Positions 13,385-27,869 are shown, counted from the stretch's first letter. The stretch: DNA of 64,000 bases from Nemertoderma westbladi (GCA_032718475.1 JAUCBJ010001930.1:1-64000); one strand, 5' to 3'. Numbers and translations are program-made. The notes: generated by a model not told the origin, from the sequence alone.

Positions 13385-16009
13385 TAAAGAGTTAATTGTA
13401 TTTATTTATGAATCAAGCACGTTAATTAAAAACCTTTCCAGTAGATATGTGAGCGCCAAAGCATGTAAAAAACTAAAAAGCAACAAGACCTAGACGTTGC
13501 ATGCAATCAGTAATCAGCTGACGGCAGCCTGCTGATCGGTAGATTTCGCCCCGCAACTGAAGGCATTCTCAGGTGGCCAAGCCAGGAAATATCGAGAGAG
13601 ATTCCCAAAGGGGGACGGAACAGGTAACGAAATGAAGAAATGTCTGTACTGTAACTAACCACTGGGAAGCAGCACGTAACTTGCGCAGTCACGTTTCTGC
13701 TTGTTGATAACTGGCTTGCGTGTTTGGATGTAATACATTTCAACCTTTTGCAAGACTGGCCGCAACGGGTGTCTAGCATTTACAGTGAAATGTTTAAACA
13801 ATTCACGCCAGTCAGTCAGCCAATGTGTATTGGGTGTTCGGACACTTCCCCCCCGGACACTTCCCCCCCCCGGACAGTTCCCCCCCGCTCAAGTAGGACA
13901 CTTCCCCCCCGGACACTTCCCCCCCAGACACTTCCCCCCCCCGCGGACACTTCCCCCCCGACTGTTCTTAACTTCGCACATTCGTATTTTTCATTTGGTA
14001 AGGTAAACGGACCGCTTGTATCCAGATAAGTTGTATCCAATTTTCCTTTCGTAGCTCAGAAAGTGATCTTTTGCATCCCGATTTTACATTTTATATCCAA
14101 GTTTTATTTATGGGTTTTATCAATGCAACTACATCGTATTGTTTACAAATCTTTAAACAATTAATTATATTAGATGACCTATAAATTCCATCCCCGGAAT
14201 GATATACTGTTTTTATTAACTATAGAATTATAATAATTAATTGTTTTAATTATAGGTATTATTATGTAATAGTCTTCTTCAAATTGTAGCAGATGGGGAT
14301 GAATAGTATTGTTGCAATCAAAATTATACCTCTCCAGGGTAAAATCGACATGCGTCGACCTGTATTCTGTGTTCAGCATTACATATTGATATAAATATTA
14401 CTACTATACATACTATATAGATATTGTACACACTGCATATTAAATTTCCTGGTTACTTGCAATATTTTTAATAGGATTTTGTTGAATTATATAATATTGT
14501 AGTAATTTATATATTAAATTGGTTAACATTCAATACAGCTCCTACTTTAGGCTTAGTCAATTTATTATCTGGTGATACAAACATAAATTAATTATTTTAA
14601 AGTGGTCTTAAGTCTTTCACCACGGGCACTCAGGGAAATGCCGGGGTCTGGGGGCGATAACCCCCAAGAAAAGAAGCGGGGGTTTGGGGGCGGTAGCCCC
14701 AACAAAAGAAGCGGGGGTTTGGGGGCGGTAGATTTAAAGAAATTAAAAGAAAAACAAACAAAATTTGACTATAAAAATGTTTCATTTATAATTTTGAAAA
14801 AACTTGTCTAGATACAACTTATCCTGTAACCATCTTTAACTTTTGTTTATTGCTTTGATGCACCCAGATTAATTTTAACACTTTAACTGGGGGGGAAGTG
14901 TCCGGGGGGCATGTGTCCGGGGGGGGGAAGTGTCCGGGGGGGAAGTGTCCTACTTGGGCGGGGGGGAAGTGTCCGGGGGGGAAGTGTCCGGGGAGGGAAG
15001 TGTCCTAGATCCGTGTATTGGGCTCGCCGCGGTGCGTCATGATGTGGTTGTGCAGTCTTACCCTGTTCGCTCCCTTCATTGGCTGTCCCATCCTGGTGCT
15101 GTCTAACGCGTTCAAACAAGTGTTGGATGGTGTGTCCAACATATTCCCCCTTACAAGAGGGACAAGAGAAAGAGTAAACGACGTTAGACGCAAGGATTTC
15201 CGGGATGGGGTGTTTGAGAGATGGGAGTGACTGGCGCAGATTAGATGTTTATGTTTAGATTTTGTTTTGATGTTGTTTAGATATAGTTACCCTGGTCTTG
15301 CACACGGCCAGTTCGGTTTGTTTTTACAACATCTAAACTACGCCAGTCACTCCCATCTCACAAACACCCCATCCCGTAAATCCTTGCGTCTAACGTCGTT
15401 TACTCTTTCTCTTGTCCCTCTTGTAAGGGGGAATATGTTGGACACACCATCCAACACTTGTTTGAACGCGTTAGACAGCACCAGGATGGGACAGCCAATG
15501 ATGGGAGCAAACAGGGTAAGACTGTGCACAACCACATCGTGACACACCGCGGCGAGCCTAATACACATTGGCTGACGGACTGGCGTGAATTGTCTAAACA
15601 TTTCACTGTAATTGCTAGACATCCATTGCGGCCAGTCTTGCAAAAGTTTGAAATGTATTACATCCAAACACGCAAGCCGGTTATCAACAAGCAGAAACGT
15701 GACTGACGCAAGTTTACTGTGCTGCTTCCCAGTGGTTAGTTACAGTACATGCATTTCTTCATTTCGTTACCTGTTCCGTCCCCTTTTGGGAATCTAACTT
15801 GATAATTCCTGGCTTGGCCTACTGAGAATGCCTTCAGTTGCGGGGCGAAACCTACCGATCAGCTGGCTGCCGTCAGCTGACTCACTGATTGCATGCAACG
15901 TCTAGGTCTTGTTGCTTTTAGTTTTTTACATACTTTGGCACTGACATACCTACCGGTAAGGTTTTTACTTAACGTGCTTGATTAATAAATAAATACAATT
16001 AACTCTTTA
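13385..16009. mobile_element. Penelope-like element (PLE) remnant: two 5'-truncated 3' ends in inverted orientation (13385-about 15250 minus; about 15324-16009 plus)
   Basis: Encodes a GIY-YIG endonuclease C-terminus (CKGEYVGHT...LFERVRQH...FEMYYIQTRKPVINKQ*). An inverted arrangement is characteristic of PLE insertions. TTAAATTGAATTAT occurs at both flanks (about 13340 and 16007). Confidence 0.8.
13833..15012. mobile_element. Non-autonomous TIR DNA transposon (Merlin- or MULE-like) nested in the PLE
   Basis: GG...CC termini; arrays of GGACACTTCCCCCC on the left and their reverse complement on the right; 8-9 bp TSD GTGTATTG(G) at 13825 and 15013. The PLE sequence rejoins when the insert is removed. 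Confidence 0.8.
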
Positions 16010-16077
16010 AATTGAATTATATTGTTAATATTTAGACTGTCACATTTATACGTCATTTAGTCCGAATTGTATTAAAT

Positions 16078-19000
16078 ATGTCTTCGAATACTTTGAGTGA
16101 CGCTGCTTGGGATTTACTGGATCGTATCATGGCAGATGAAAGTGATTCTCAGTCCGGTGAGGATGAACAAGATAAATGTGTCAATCCACCAACTTCTAAT
16201 AACGAAATCAGCAACACAAGCAGCGGTATAAACGTTATCAGTTTTAAATCAGAAGCGGGAGCTATTTGCGGTACTTCAGAAGATAAATCTCGAAAGATCA
16301 AACAAGAGTTCTGTACAGATGAACAATATTCTAATAATCAAATCAGCAACACAAACAGCGGTATAAACGTTATCAGTTTTAAATCAGAAGCGGGAGCTAT
16401 TTGCGGTACTTCCGAAGAGAAATCTCGAAAGATCAAACAAGAGTTCTGTACAGATGAACAATATTCTAATAATCAAATCGGCAACACCAACAGCGGTATA
16501 AACGTTATCAGATTTAAATCAGAAGCGGGAGCTATTTGCGGTACTTCTGAAGATACATCTCGAAAGATCAAACAAGAGTTCTGTACGGATGAACAATATT
16601 CTAATAATCAAATCGGCAACACCAACAGCGGTATAAACGTTATCAGTTTTAAATCAGAAGCGGATATTTGCGGTAAAGATAAATCTCGAGTTGTAAGACA
16701 AGATTTCTGCATTGGGAAACCATCTCCTTGTGAAGTTATTGCTAAGTCCGTTCTCAAGTGTAAGCAAATTAATCGTAAAGTAAATTTAAAGAATCGTAAA
16801 CAATCATTGCATAAAGGTATCAAGGATAAATGTGAATCTTGCGACAAACAATTTAGAAACAAACTGAGTCTAAAGAGACATGTGGAATCAATTCACAAAC
16901 GTATCAAGTATAAATGCGTTTATTGCGATAAATTGTTCACACAGGAAGGAAATCTAAAGAAACACCTCGAATCAGTACATAAAGGTATCAAGTATAATTG
17001 CGGTTCTTGTGACAAACAATTTAGTTACAAAGGAGGTCTAAAGACACACATAGAATCAGTTCATAAAGGCATCAAGTATATTTGCGATTCTTGTGACAAA
17101 CAATTTAGCGTCAAAGGATATCTGAATAAACACATGGAATCAGTACATAAAGGTATCAAGTATAAATGCGTTTATTGTGACAAACAATTTAGTTACAAAG
17201 GAGTCTAAAGAAACACATAGAATCAGTTCATAAAAGAATCAAGTATAATTGCGATTCTTGTGACAAAAATTTCAATAACAAGTGGAGGCGGAAGGCACAC
17301 ATAGAATCAGTTCATAAAGGCATCAAATATAATTGCGATTCTTGTGACAAACAATTTAGCGTCAAAGGATATCTGAAGAAACACATGGAATCAGTACATA
17401 AATATATCAAGTATAAATGCGTTTATTGTGACAAACAATTCATTAACAAATGGAATCTGAAGACACACATAGAATCAGTTCATAGAGGTATCCAGTATAA
17501 ATGCGGTTTCTGTGACAAACAATTTAGTCAAAAAGGAAATCTAAAGTTACACATAGAATCAGTACATAAAGGTATCAAGTATAATTGCGGTTCTTGTGAC
17601 AAACAATTTAGTCAAAAAGGAAATCTAAAGGGACACATGGAATCAGTACATAAAGGTATCAAGTATAATTGCGGTTCTTGTGACAAACAATTTAGTCAAA
17701 AAGGAAATCTAAAGGGACACATGGAATCAGTACATAAAGGTATCAAGTATAATTGCGGTTCTTGTGACAAACAATTTAGTCAAAAAGGACATCTAAGGAC
17801 CCACATGGAATCAGTACATAAAGGTATCAAGTATAATTGCGGTTCTTGTGAGAAAAAATTTAGTCAAAAAGGAAATCTAAAGGGACACATGGAATCAGTA
17901 CATAAAGGTATCAATCAAGTATAATTGCGGTTCTTGTGACAAACAATTTAGCGTCAAAGGATATCTGAAGAAGCACATGGAATCAGTACATATAATGGTA
18001 TCAAGTTAAAATGCGCTTGTTGTGACAAGAAATTTATTAAAAAATGGAATCTGAAGACACACATAGAATCAATGAATAAAGGCATCAAGTATAATTGCGG
18101 TTCCTGTGGAAAACAATTTAGTGACAAAGGATTTTTAAAGAAACACATGGAATCAGTACATAAAGGAATCAAATCAAGTATAATTGCGGTTCTTGTACCA
18201 AACAATTTAGCGTCAAAGGATATCTAAAGAAACACATGGAATCAGTACATAAAGGTATCAAATCAAGTATAATTGCGGTTCTTGTGTCAAATAATTTAGT
18301 GACAAAGGATATCTAAATAAACACATGGAATCAGTACATAAAAGGTATCAAGTATAATTGCGATTCTTGTGACAAACATTTCAGTGACAAAGGATTTCTA
18401 AAGAAACACATGGAATCAGTACATAAATGTATCAAGTATAATTGCAGTTCTTGTGACCAACAATTTAGTTACAATGGATATCTAAAGAAACACATGGAAT
18501 CCGTGCATAAAGGAATCACGTATAATTGCAGTTCCTGTGACAAACAATTTAGTCAAAAAGGAAATATAAAGGGACACATGGAATCAGTACATCAAAGGTA
18601 TCAAGTATAATTGCGGTTCTTGTGACAAACAATTTAGAGTCAAAGGATATCTGAAGAAGCACATGGAATCTGTACATGAAGGTATCAAGTATAAATGCGT
18701 TTATTGTTACAAACAATTCAATGATAAAGGATATCTGAAGAGACACATGGAATCAGTACATAAAGGTATAAAATCAATTATAATTGCGGTTCTTGTGACA
18801 AACAATTTAGTGACAAAGGATATCTAAAGAAACACATGGAATCAGTACATAAAGTTATCAAGTATATTTGCTGTTCTTGTGACAAATAATTTAGTGACAA
18901 AGGATATCTAAAGAAACACATGGAATCAGTACATAAAGGTATAAAATCAATTATAATTGCGGTTCTTGTGACAAACAATTTAGTGACAAAGGATATCTAA

Positions 19001-19230
19001 AGAAACACATGGAATCAGTACATAAAGGAATCAAGTATAATTGCAGTTCTTGTGACAAACAATTTAGTTACAAAGGATATCTAAAGAAACTCATGGAATC
19101 AGTACATAAAGGTATCAAGTATAATTGCGGTTCTTGTGACAAACAATTTAGTGACAAAGGGAAAATGAAAACACATATACACTCAGTTCACAAAGATACC
19201 AATTCAGGCTCCTGGTGGTGGAATCTGTAA
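16078..19230 (+). pseudogene. Tandem C2H2 zinc-finger protein gene, copy A (about 28 fingers), frameshifted after about 17200
   Basis: 84-bp/28-aa repeats HKGIKYxCxxCDKQFxxxxxLKxHMESV; N-terminal 135-bp (45-aa) repeats; multiple indels and stops. Confidence 0.9.
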
Positions 19231-21034
19231 ATTACCGACTTCAATTCCGTTTTATCAACAGAAATAAACTCCGGTACCGCGTCTGTCGGTCTGTTCATCC
19301 CTTTACTTACAAACTATATATGCGTGCACTTTGTTATCTTAAACTGAAAGTATATTATATGATTATTTTCACCATGGGTCGTGAAATAGTTATTAATCAA
19401 TCAGACCACAGGCAGATATTTTGCAAAGTCAATTTTCTCGGAATTGTTCATTTTCAATTTATTAATCTTCCGCTATTTTTCCACCAAATTTCTTTAATTT
19501 GGCTTATTGGAAGTGGTTTCGACAGTTATTTAAACGTAATCTTATGAAATTTTGATAAATATTTACATTTCTGTGTAATTTACCTAAATAAAAAGTTATT
19601 AAAATAATTTAAATTAAAATGGCAGTAATTTTTGTAGATTTGATGGCGCTGAGTACAAAAAATGTTTCCTTGAAATTTGGATTAAGATTGAGGGAGTAGT
19701 AATGTTTTTAGTGAAATCTTTATTCCGCCATTTGCCGCTAACGGGAGGCGATTAATTTTATAATCTTTGTATTAAGACTATTTGGCTTTCCATGTACAGT
19801 AGTGAATGACTATGATGAAATCATTAAATTAACCTTTAACCCAAATTGACAGCCATAAAAAAGTTCACGGGGGTAATACAAAACAATGGTAATTTGAATA
19901 TGAGGATAACGAACCTGATTTTATGACCTTATGGGTTGTCTAGGCTCAGAGGGGGGGGGGGGGGGGGGGGGGGGGGGATTTTTTTGCCAGTCACACAGGA
20001 ACGTAATTATTTGAAAGTTGATGTTGAAAGTGAATTTATCGCTACTTTGAATTTACTTTACTTGTTGAATGTCACTCACCCTTCATTTCATAATATTTAG
20101 CATTCAGGTTAATATTGTACACAACGGTTCCTTCCGTCTGATTATTCATCATTAGATATTGATAAGTGAAAATTAATAATTGCAATCCCATTTAACATTT
20201 ATGTTACATAGGCCGGTTACATACAGTAGAGTCGTTATTCAGGTAGGTAGGCCCTAATCCCCCCCACCCCCCCCATGCTGTTCTTCAAATGTTAATGAGA
20301 TTGCATGAAATTTGAAACAGAGATAGTTTCTTACAGTTTCTAATACTTAAGCCTAAGGATTTAGCATGACAGTAATCTATCTCATCTGGACCAATCAGTA
20401 AACAGTATTCGCCTACGCAGTACGCCTATGCATACGTTACGCGTATGTCAAATCGCTCAATGTTACGGTAACAGATGTGTGGTTGCGCGGCGTACCGTAA
20501 ACATGAGCTTGCGCATTATTCGAGCTTGCGTATTCATTAAAAGTTGTGTTAGCGGATTCCGTCCGTTATGCGCCCCTATCACAGAGTCGGAGAGGAGCCA
20601 ATATACAAATATTTGCCAGAATAAACTCCGGCTAGTAAGGGAACTCACTAGTTCTCTTGCAGCAAACCGATTCATTTCATTAGTTTTTCCTTTTTACCAA
20701 TTCACAGTTGAGTCAGTTGAAAGCTAAGCTACTGTAAGCCGAACCCTGCAAATTGCTGCAGTTGGCACTTTACATCCATACAGTGTGCATCGTTTTGTAC
20801 CGCATAGTCTAACGGTAGTCACGGTAGGTTACAGGTCAGCGCAATATAACCAACCATCTAACAATATGGATCATATCAGTATAGCTAAACTTTATAGACT
20901 CTTATTCACCGGGCCTACGGCCAGACAGTCACCATAGATAGTACTACGATCGGCATGCTGCATTGCAGCTGCATTATTTATAAATATAAATATACATTAC
21001 ATTATTACTTTGGTTTTTATATATACATTACATT

Positions 21035-22200
21035 TTATTCAGAATACTGTGCCGGATTGTCTATAAAGTTGCGCCGCCACAACTCCCTATCACCCATGAC
21101 ATTTGCTAGATCATTCGCATCTTCAAGGCCAGTGTCCTTTAAGAAGCGTCTCAAGAAGGTCATGGGCAGTCCACTACGGTTATTCACTCCATGAGGGAGC
21201 CAACGCACAAGATTATGCATTGGCTGGTCCTCACGGCGAAAACAATGTTCTGCAAAGCAGAGGCGGCTTTGTTTTAGTATCAAGCAGGGGATACTAATGG
21301 AATACCTGCAATGGTGTATAGAGTCTGAATGGATATGCATTCATTGTACTTGACACAATTCGAACTTGTGAAAGTGCCATCCAGAGATATGCTATCCTCT
21401 GCAGTTAGAGCCTAGCATTGACTCCCCTATAAGAGTACTGGTACTAGGCCTACTCCAGCCATAAATAATCGAACCTTAAGGTTCCTTTTTTATTATATAT
21501 GAAACTTGAAAATCCTGGACAGACTATTCAATGGTACCCATACTTTCCCCTTACGTATCCGAAGGTCTTCACCTGACTTTCGGATCCATGATCCCAAGTA
21601 GCAGAAGTTATCCACGTGCTAAAGCAACCCGTAGCTAGCTGTTATGCCCTTAACGATCCGACATTTTTTGAGGGCTATCTAGGTTCACTGTCAAGATTAT
21701 GTTCTTCTTGGAGTTTACAAGAACCCTAAGTATGCTTACTATGCTTATGGTATGCTGACAGCAAGATGCCTGTCTTTCTTTTTTGATAACTCTTCAATTA
21801 TCCTTCTAAGTGCCAAAATGGCCTCCATGGTCCAACGACCTTTACGGAACCCATTCTGATTTCCACGGAGAAGTCTCTCAATGGGATCCCTGATGCGATT
21901 TAATAGAATTCTATTGTATAGCTTTGCAGCAATCGAGATCAATAAGATTCCCCGAAAAGAAAAATAGAGTGTTAGGTTGCCCTTCTTGGGAACTGGCACC
22001 AACTTATTTGTTTTCATTTCTTGTGGGACTCTTGTTGTTGGGTACATGTCTACTATGATGGGATAGATGAGCTTTAAACATTCAGGTTTTTTAAAGACCT
22101 CTGGGGGAACACCATCTACTCCACTGGCACGATTGGTCTTAATGCTCTTTGCAGCAGCCTTTACTTCTGGAAAGGAGATATCGCCAATAGGAATATCCAG
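21035..22200 (-). mobile_element. RTE-clade LINE fragment (RT and C-terminus), degraded
   Basis: RASGVDGVPPEV, LVPVPKKGNL, KLYNRILLNRI, QNGFRKGR; C-terminal FAEHCFR...WLPHG...MGDRELWR. Confidence 0.8.
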
Positions 22201-22662
22201 GTGGAGAGCGAAAATGGAGCATTTGCGCTGTGCGAGCGCATGGCCGACGGCGTTGGCCATGTGGTATTGTTCTAGAATATTACAGTATTATTAATGCCAT
22301 GTAAAGTTAAAAGTTAAAGCCCATGTTGCTGATGGAAAATAACAAATGCCTACCTTGATTTTGTTAAGGTCAGTTTTGTTTATACTTGAAGGCTTACATA
22401 TATAAGTATACATAGGCATAATATTCCAAATACTTTTGTTGCGCCTGTCGATTCGTATAAATCGACAGGCGCATAGACCCCCCAATTTATATTACTTGCG
22501 CATGTACATTAGTGGTACGGTATACATACAGTATGCGTTCAGGTAATGTATTAATTAGTTACGGTATACACCTATACATTCAGGTAACGGTAGATAATGG
22601 TAAACGGGAAACTATCACATCACCTGAATACTCTACTGTAATAATAATAAACAAAACACGGA

Positions 22663-25600
22663 ATGTACTATTCTCTCGTCGAGTTTGTGGATGAGGATAA
22701 TGCGTTAGCCGCTGTCCCACAAACATGGCTAACTAGAATACTCGAAACAAATGATGTGGATGAGCGACCTCTTGCGGAATGCTATTGGCCTCCAAAAAAT
22801 GTATCGAATGCCATCAAAAATTACACCCAACCAGAAAAGAATTGGGACCTATACCCAGTTGTTATCATACGGAGAGGCTGCACGTATGGAGATGTAATTA
22901 AATACCAAAAACGGGCTGAAAACAATAGGGCGCTTGAGTCCGAAGGAGGAGGTCAACAATCTACTACCGGCAATCATCGCAAAAGGAAACGTGATGCAAG
23001 GTTAGCTGTTAGGTTAGATGATTAGGCTAGCGGTAATGAACCATTCAGCCATTTGGTTGTCTGCCTATATCCTGATATCATATATAGGCCTACCATACCG
23101 GTAGGCCTATCTTTGTTCCTCCCACTTCAACCTAGTCTAAACCTCCCGGAGTCCTAACTACCGGTAGTACGGTTATATGTTCTGTTGTATATATATATAT
23201 ATCTACTTAGTTTATATATAAAACTTTATAAATAAATTGTATATATAACTACTTAATTTTCAATTTAATTTATAGTTATGGTACATTCTATATGAAAATA
23301 CAATGTGTATTCAACATTAAGAGTGCATGTAACAAAATGTTTGTCTTTACTTGTAGTAGGAGGCTACTGCACAGTGCACACCCATAACTTTTTAAATCGT
23401 CATTTTCATCAATTTTTATGCTATTTTTCTATTACCGTAACATCAACGTTAATATTAATTTTGATATAGACCCCCACCACGATTTGATGGCGATAGCGAA
23501 TCCGACGATACTAATGGTGAAATGGAACTTCCTGGAGCACCGGATCCTCCAACACCGCCACCAACAGGTATAAACACCACTCCAAGAACTCGGGGTGGAT
23601 CAGACGCTGAGATAATTGCCGTGACGCCCATTGAACAACAACAACATCTGGCCAATTATAATCCGAACTCACCCGTGCTAATTATGGAGTGTAAGTTCAT
23701 CCTTATACATCATTATTACAAGTTTACAATTACCACAAAATCTACCATGCCTTTTAGTTTCCTAGTTTAGTTTTATATCAAGGACTAACATTGATACAAT
23801 GTAAGAACTTTAACCATGATGCCTAGTTTATTTTGCGTTATTTAAATGTATGTATTGTATTCATTAAACTGTATGAGTTGAATATTATGCGTTTGTGTAA
23901 CGTTAATAAATCAACTGCAATAACTAGTTTTAATTTTTCTGAAATGTTACTGTTTCCTCAACGTTAAAATTCAACGACAATGAACATAATTGTATTTTTG
24001 TTAAATATTATACGTTGATACAATGTTACCAATTCAACCAACAATTCCACAGTGTGCAAGAGTTAAATAATATACGTTGAAACAATGTTACCAATTCAAC
24101 CAACAATTCCACAGTGTGCAAGAGTTAAATATTATACGTTGAAACAATGTTACCAATTCAACCAACAATTCCACAGTGTGCAAGAGTTAAATATTATACG
24201 TTGAAACAATGTTACCAATTCAACCAACAATTCCACAGTGTGCAAGAGTTAAATATTATACGTTGAAACAATGTTACCAATTCAACCAACAATTCCACAG
24301 TGTGCAAGAGTTAAATATTATACGTTGAAACAATGTTACCAATTCAACCAACAATTCCACAGTGTGCAAGAGTTAAATATTATACGTTGATACAATGTTA
24401 CCAATTCAACCAACAATTCCACAGTGTGCAAGAGTTAAATATTATACGTTGATACAATGTTACCAATTCAACCAACAATTCCACAGTGTGCAAGAGTTAA
24501 ATATTATACGTTGAAACAATGTTACCAATTCAACCAACAATTCCACAGTGTGCAAGAGTTAAATATTATACGTTGAAACAATGTTACCAATTCAACCAAC
24601 AATTACATAGTGTGCAAGAGTTAAATATTATACGTTGAAACAATGTTACCAATTCAACCAACAATTCCACAGTGTGCAAGAGTTAAATATTATACGTTGA
24701 AACAATGTTACCAATTCAACCAACAATTACATAGTGTGCAAGAGTTAAATATTATACGTTGAAACAATGTTACCAATTCAACCAACAATTCCACAGTGTG
24801 CAAGAGTTAAATATTATACGTTGAAACAATGTTACCAATTCAACCAACAATTCCACAGTGTGCAAGAGTTAAATATTATACGTTGAAACAATGTTACCAA
24901 TTCAACCAACAATTCCACAGTGTGCAAGAGTTAAATATTATACGTTGAAACAATGTTACCAATTCAACCAACAATTCCACAGTGTGCAAGAGTTAAATAT
25001 TATACGTTGAAACAATGTTACCAATTCAACCAACAATTCCACAGTGTGCAAGAGTTAAATATTATACGTTGAAACAATGTTACCAATTCAACCAACAATT
25101 ACATAGTGTGCAAGAGTTAAATATTATACGTTGAAACAATGTTACCAATTCAACCAACAATTCCACAGTGTGCAAGAGTTAAATATTATACGTTGAAACA
25201 ATGTTACCAATTCAACCAACAATTCCACAGTGTGCAAGAGTTAAATATTATACGTTGAAACAATGTTACCAATTCAACCAACAATTACATAGTGTGCAAG
25301 AGTTAAATATTATACGTTGAAACAATGTTACCAATTCAACCAACAATTCCACAGTGTGCAAGAGTTAAATATTATACGTTGAAACAATGTTACCAATTCA
25401 ACCAACAATTCCACAGTGTGCAAGAGTTAAATATTATACGTTGAAACAATGTTACCAATTCAACCAACAATTCCACAGTGTGCAAGAGTTAAATATTATA
25501 CGTTGAAACAATGTTACCAATTCAACCAACAATTCCACAGTGTGCAAGAGTTAAATATTATACGTTGAAACAATGTTACCAATTCAACCAACAATTACAT

Positions 25601-26943
25601 AGTGTGCAAGAGTTAAATATTATACGTTGATACAATGTTACCAATTCAACCAACAATTCCACAGTGTGCAAGAGTTAAATATTATACGTTGAAACAATGT
25701 TACCAATTCAACCAACAATTCCACAGTGTGCAAGAGTTAAATATTATACGTTGAAACAATGTTACCAATTCAACCAACAATTCCACAGTGTGCAAGAGTT
25801 AAATATTATACGTTGAAACAATGTTACCAATTCAACCAACAATTACATAGTGTGCAAGAGTTAAATATTATACGTTGAAACAATGTTACCAATTCAACCA
25901 ACAATTACATAGTGTGCAAGAGTTAAATATTATACGTTGAAACAATGTTACCAATTCAACCAACAATTACATAGTGTGCAAGAGTTAAATATTATACGTT
26001 GATACAATGTTACCAATTCAACCAACAATTCCACAGTGTGCAAGAGTTAAATATTATACGTTGAAACAATGTTACCAATTCAACCAACAATTCCACAGTG
26101 TGCAAGAGTTAAATATTATACGTTGATACAATGTTACCAATTCAACCAACAATTCCACAGTGTGCAAGAGTTAAATATTATACGTTGAAACAATGTTACC
26201 AATTCAACCAACAATTCCACAGTGTGCAAGAGTTAAATATTATACGTTGATACAATGTTACCAATTCAACCAACAATTCCACAGTGTGCAAGAGTTAAAT
26301 ATTATACGTTGAAACAATGTTACCAATTCAAGTTAGAATACTGTTACTTTATTTCATGGCGTATTTCAATCCGACTTAAAAATAAAAAAGAGGGGCTTAA
26401 AAAATTTTCATATATATTTATTAATATTTGTAATTGTTGAATTTTAGCTCTGGGTAAGAAGCTTCTTAGCAAATTAGAGTGTCTTCAGCAGGAGCTGAAA
26501 AGGCAAGGGGAGCGACAAGTCGAACTTGGTATTAAAATTGAGAGAATCATAGACGGCGACTCCTCTAAAGCAGAATCAGGCTATATCCCAAAGTTCCCCA
26601 TGAGCCGTATTGAAGAGGTCAATGAGAAATTGAAAAAATTGAAACGATTGAAAAAATTGAAATTGAATGAAAAATTGAAACTGAATTATAGTGGCAACCC
26701 TAAAACATGTTTAATTATATAAACTAAACTAAATAAATGAAAAACTAATATTTGATTAAACATGTAAGTAATTTATTAATATTGATTGACCATTACTTAT
26801 CATTTACAGAGTCTGTGAGACGGAATAAAGCATTGGTGTCAGTGTCTGATGCTGATGTGGGAAATGTTGTGAAGGACTGGTTAAAGTTTGCTGATGCAAG
26901 AATGTCTCGTAAGAAGAGGTCACTCGGCGTCACAGAAGAGTAA
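22663..26943 (+). pseudogene. Spliced transposon accessory gene (DUF4806-like). Predicted exons 22663-23000, 23470-23690, 26448-about 26640, 26810-26943
   Basis: N-terminal VEF...AVPQTWL...CYWPP motif; GT-AG junctions join in frame (KRDAR|PPPRFD; IME|SLGKKLL); FPMSRIEE and C-terminal VKDWLKFADAR motifs. The middle appears deleted. Confidence 0.65.
24001..26330. repeat. 62-bp tandem satellite, about 37-38 nearly identical copies
   Basis: Unit TTAAATATTATACGTTGAAACAATGTTACCAATTCAACCAACAATTCCACAGTGTGCAAGAG, with only a few recurring variants (GAA/GAT, TCCAC/TACAT). Confidence 0.98.
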
Positions 26944-27335
26944 AGATAGACTAAAGAATAATACATTCTCGTGACTAACATATTAATACGGCATATATAT
27001 ACATTTCGCAGTTGTACTGCTAATCTTTGATTGCGTAATCGTGTGGCCTTCCGGCCGACTGCAGCAGACCATGCACTGAAAGGCAGATGCGGGTTAATTA
27101 ATTAGAACTTAATTACAACAATATTTTTTAGTTAGTCATAACTAACATGTATATATGTATAATATATATATATAATAGTATAGTATAGTATATAATACAA
27201 TGCATGTATAATATAGTATATGTATGTATATATATGTAGTATACACTATACATAGACATATACCTGTATAATACAGTGCATCATGTATAATATAGTATAA
27301 ATATAATACATATATTTATATATTATACATATATA

Positions 27336-27339
<4 letters not shown>

Positions 27340-27383
<44 letters not shown>
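27340..27383. repeat. (TA)n microsatellite within a TA-rich low-complexity tract
   Basis: Perfect TA run seen directly. Confidence 0.95.
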
Positions 27384-27386
<3 letters not shown>

Positions 27387-27869
27387 GGGCATATATATCT
27401 TTCGCAGTTGTACTGCTTATCTTTTTTGATCTACCTCAATTTGATGTTTTAATCACCTTTTTGAAAGTGATACTTTTTTTAAGATTACATATTTTTATAG
27501 TGATATTTTAGTTAACTTCAAAAAAAAATATTTTATTATAATTCGGCAAGCCCGTACAATATAATTTTATGTCAAAGTTCACTAGTTTTTATAGAGAGTG
27601 AAGTTGATTCTCACGATGGGGATTCATTTGCAATTACGGCAGGATCTGAAATAGTTAATAATACTAGAACTTTCGACTTTTGTAACTTTGAAGTTGATTT
27701 AGGTAAATTCGATGATTCAGATTATGATTCCGATGCTATAATAGATGAATCTGAAGTTACCAATGATTCAGACGGCTTTAATGATGGTAATTCTCTGCGT
27801 GATTTTTTATCAGAGTGGGCGATTTCTTACTCTATTCCTCAAACTGCACTTAGAGCCCTATTAGATGGC

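Larger units (their letters stand above)
11657..21102 (+). repeat. Segmental duplication, copy A
   Basis: Colinear high similarity to 31299-44000: LTR end, spacer, Penelope remnant, zinc-finger gene, downstream flank. Confidence 0.92.

Noticed and set aside
24001-26330. CRISPR-like array
   Set aside because: Units are contiguous and nearly identical with no unique spacers, there are no cas genes, and the context is eukaryotic.
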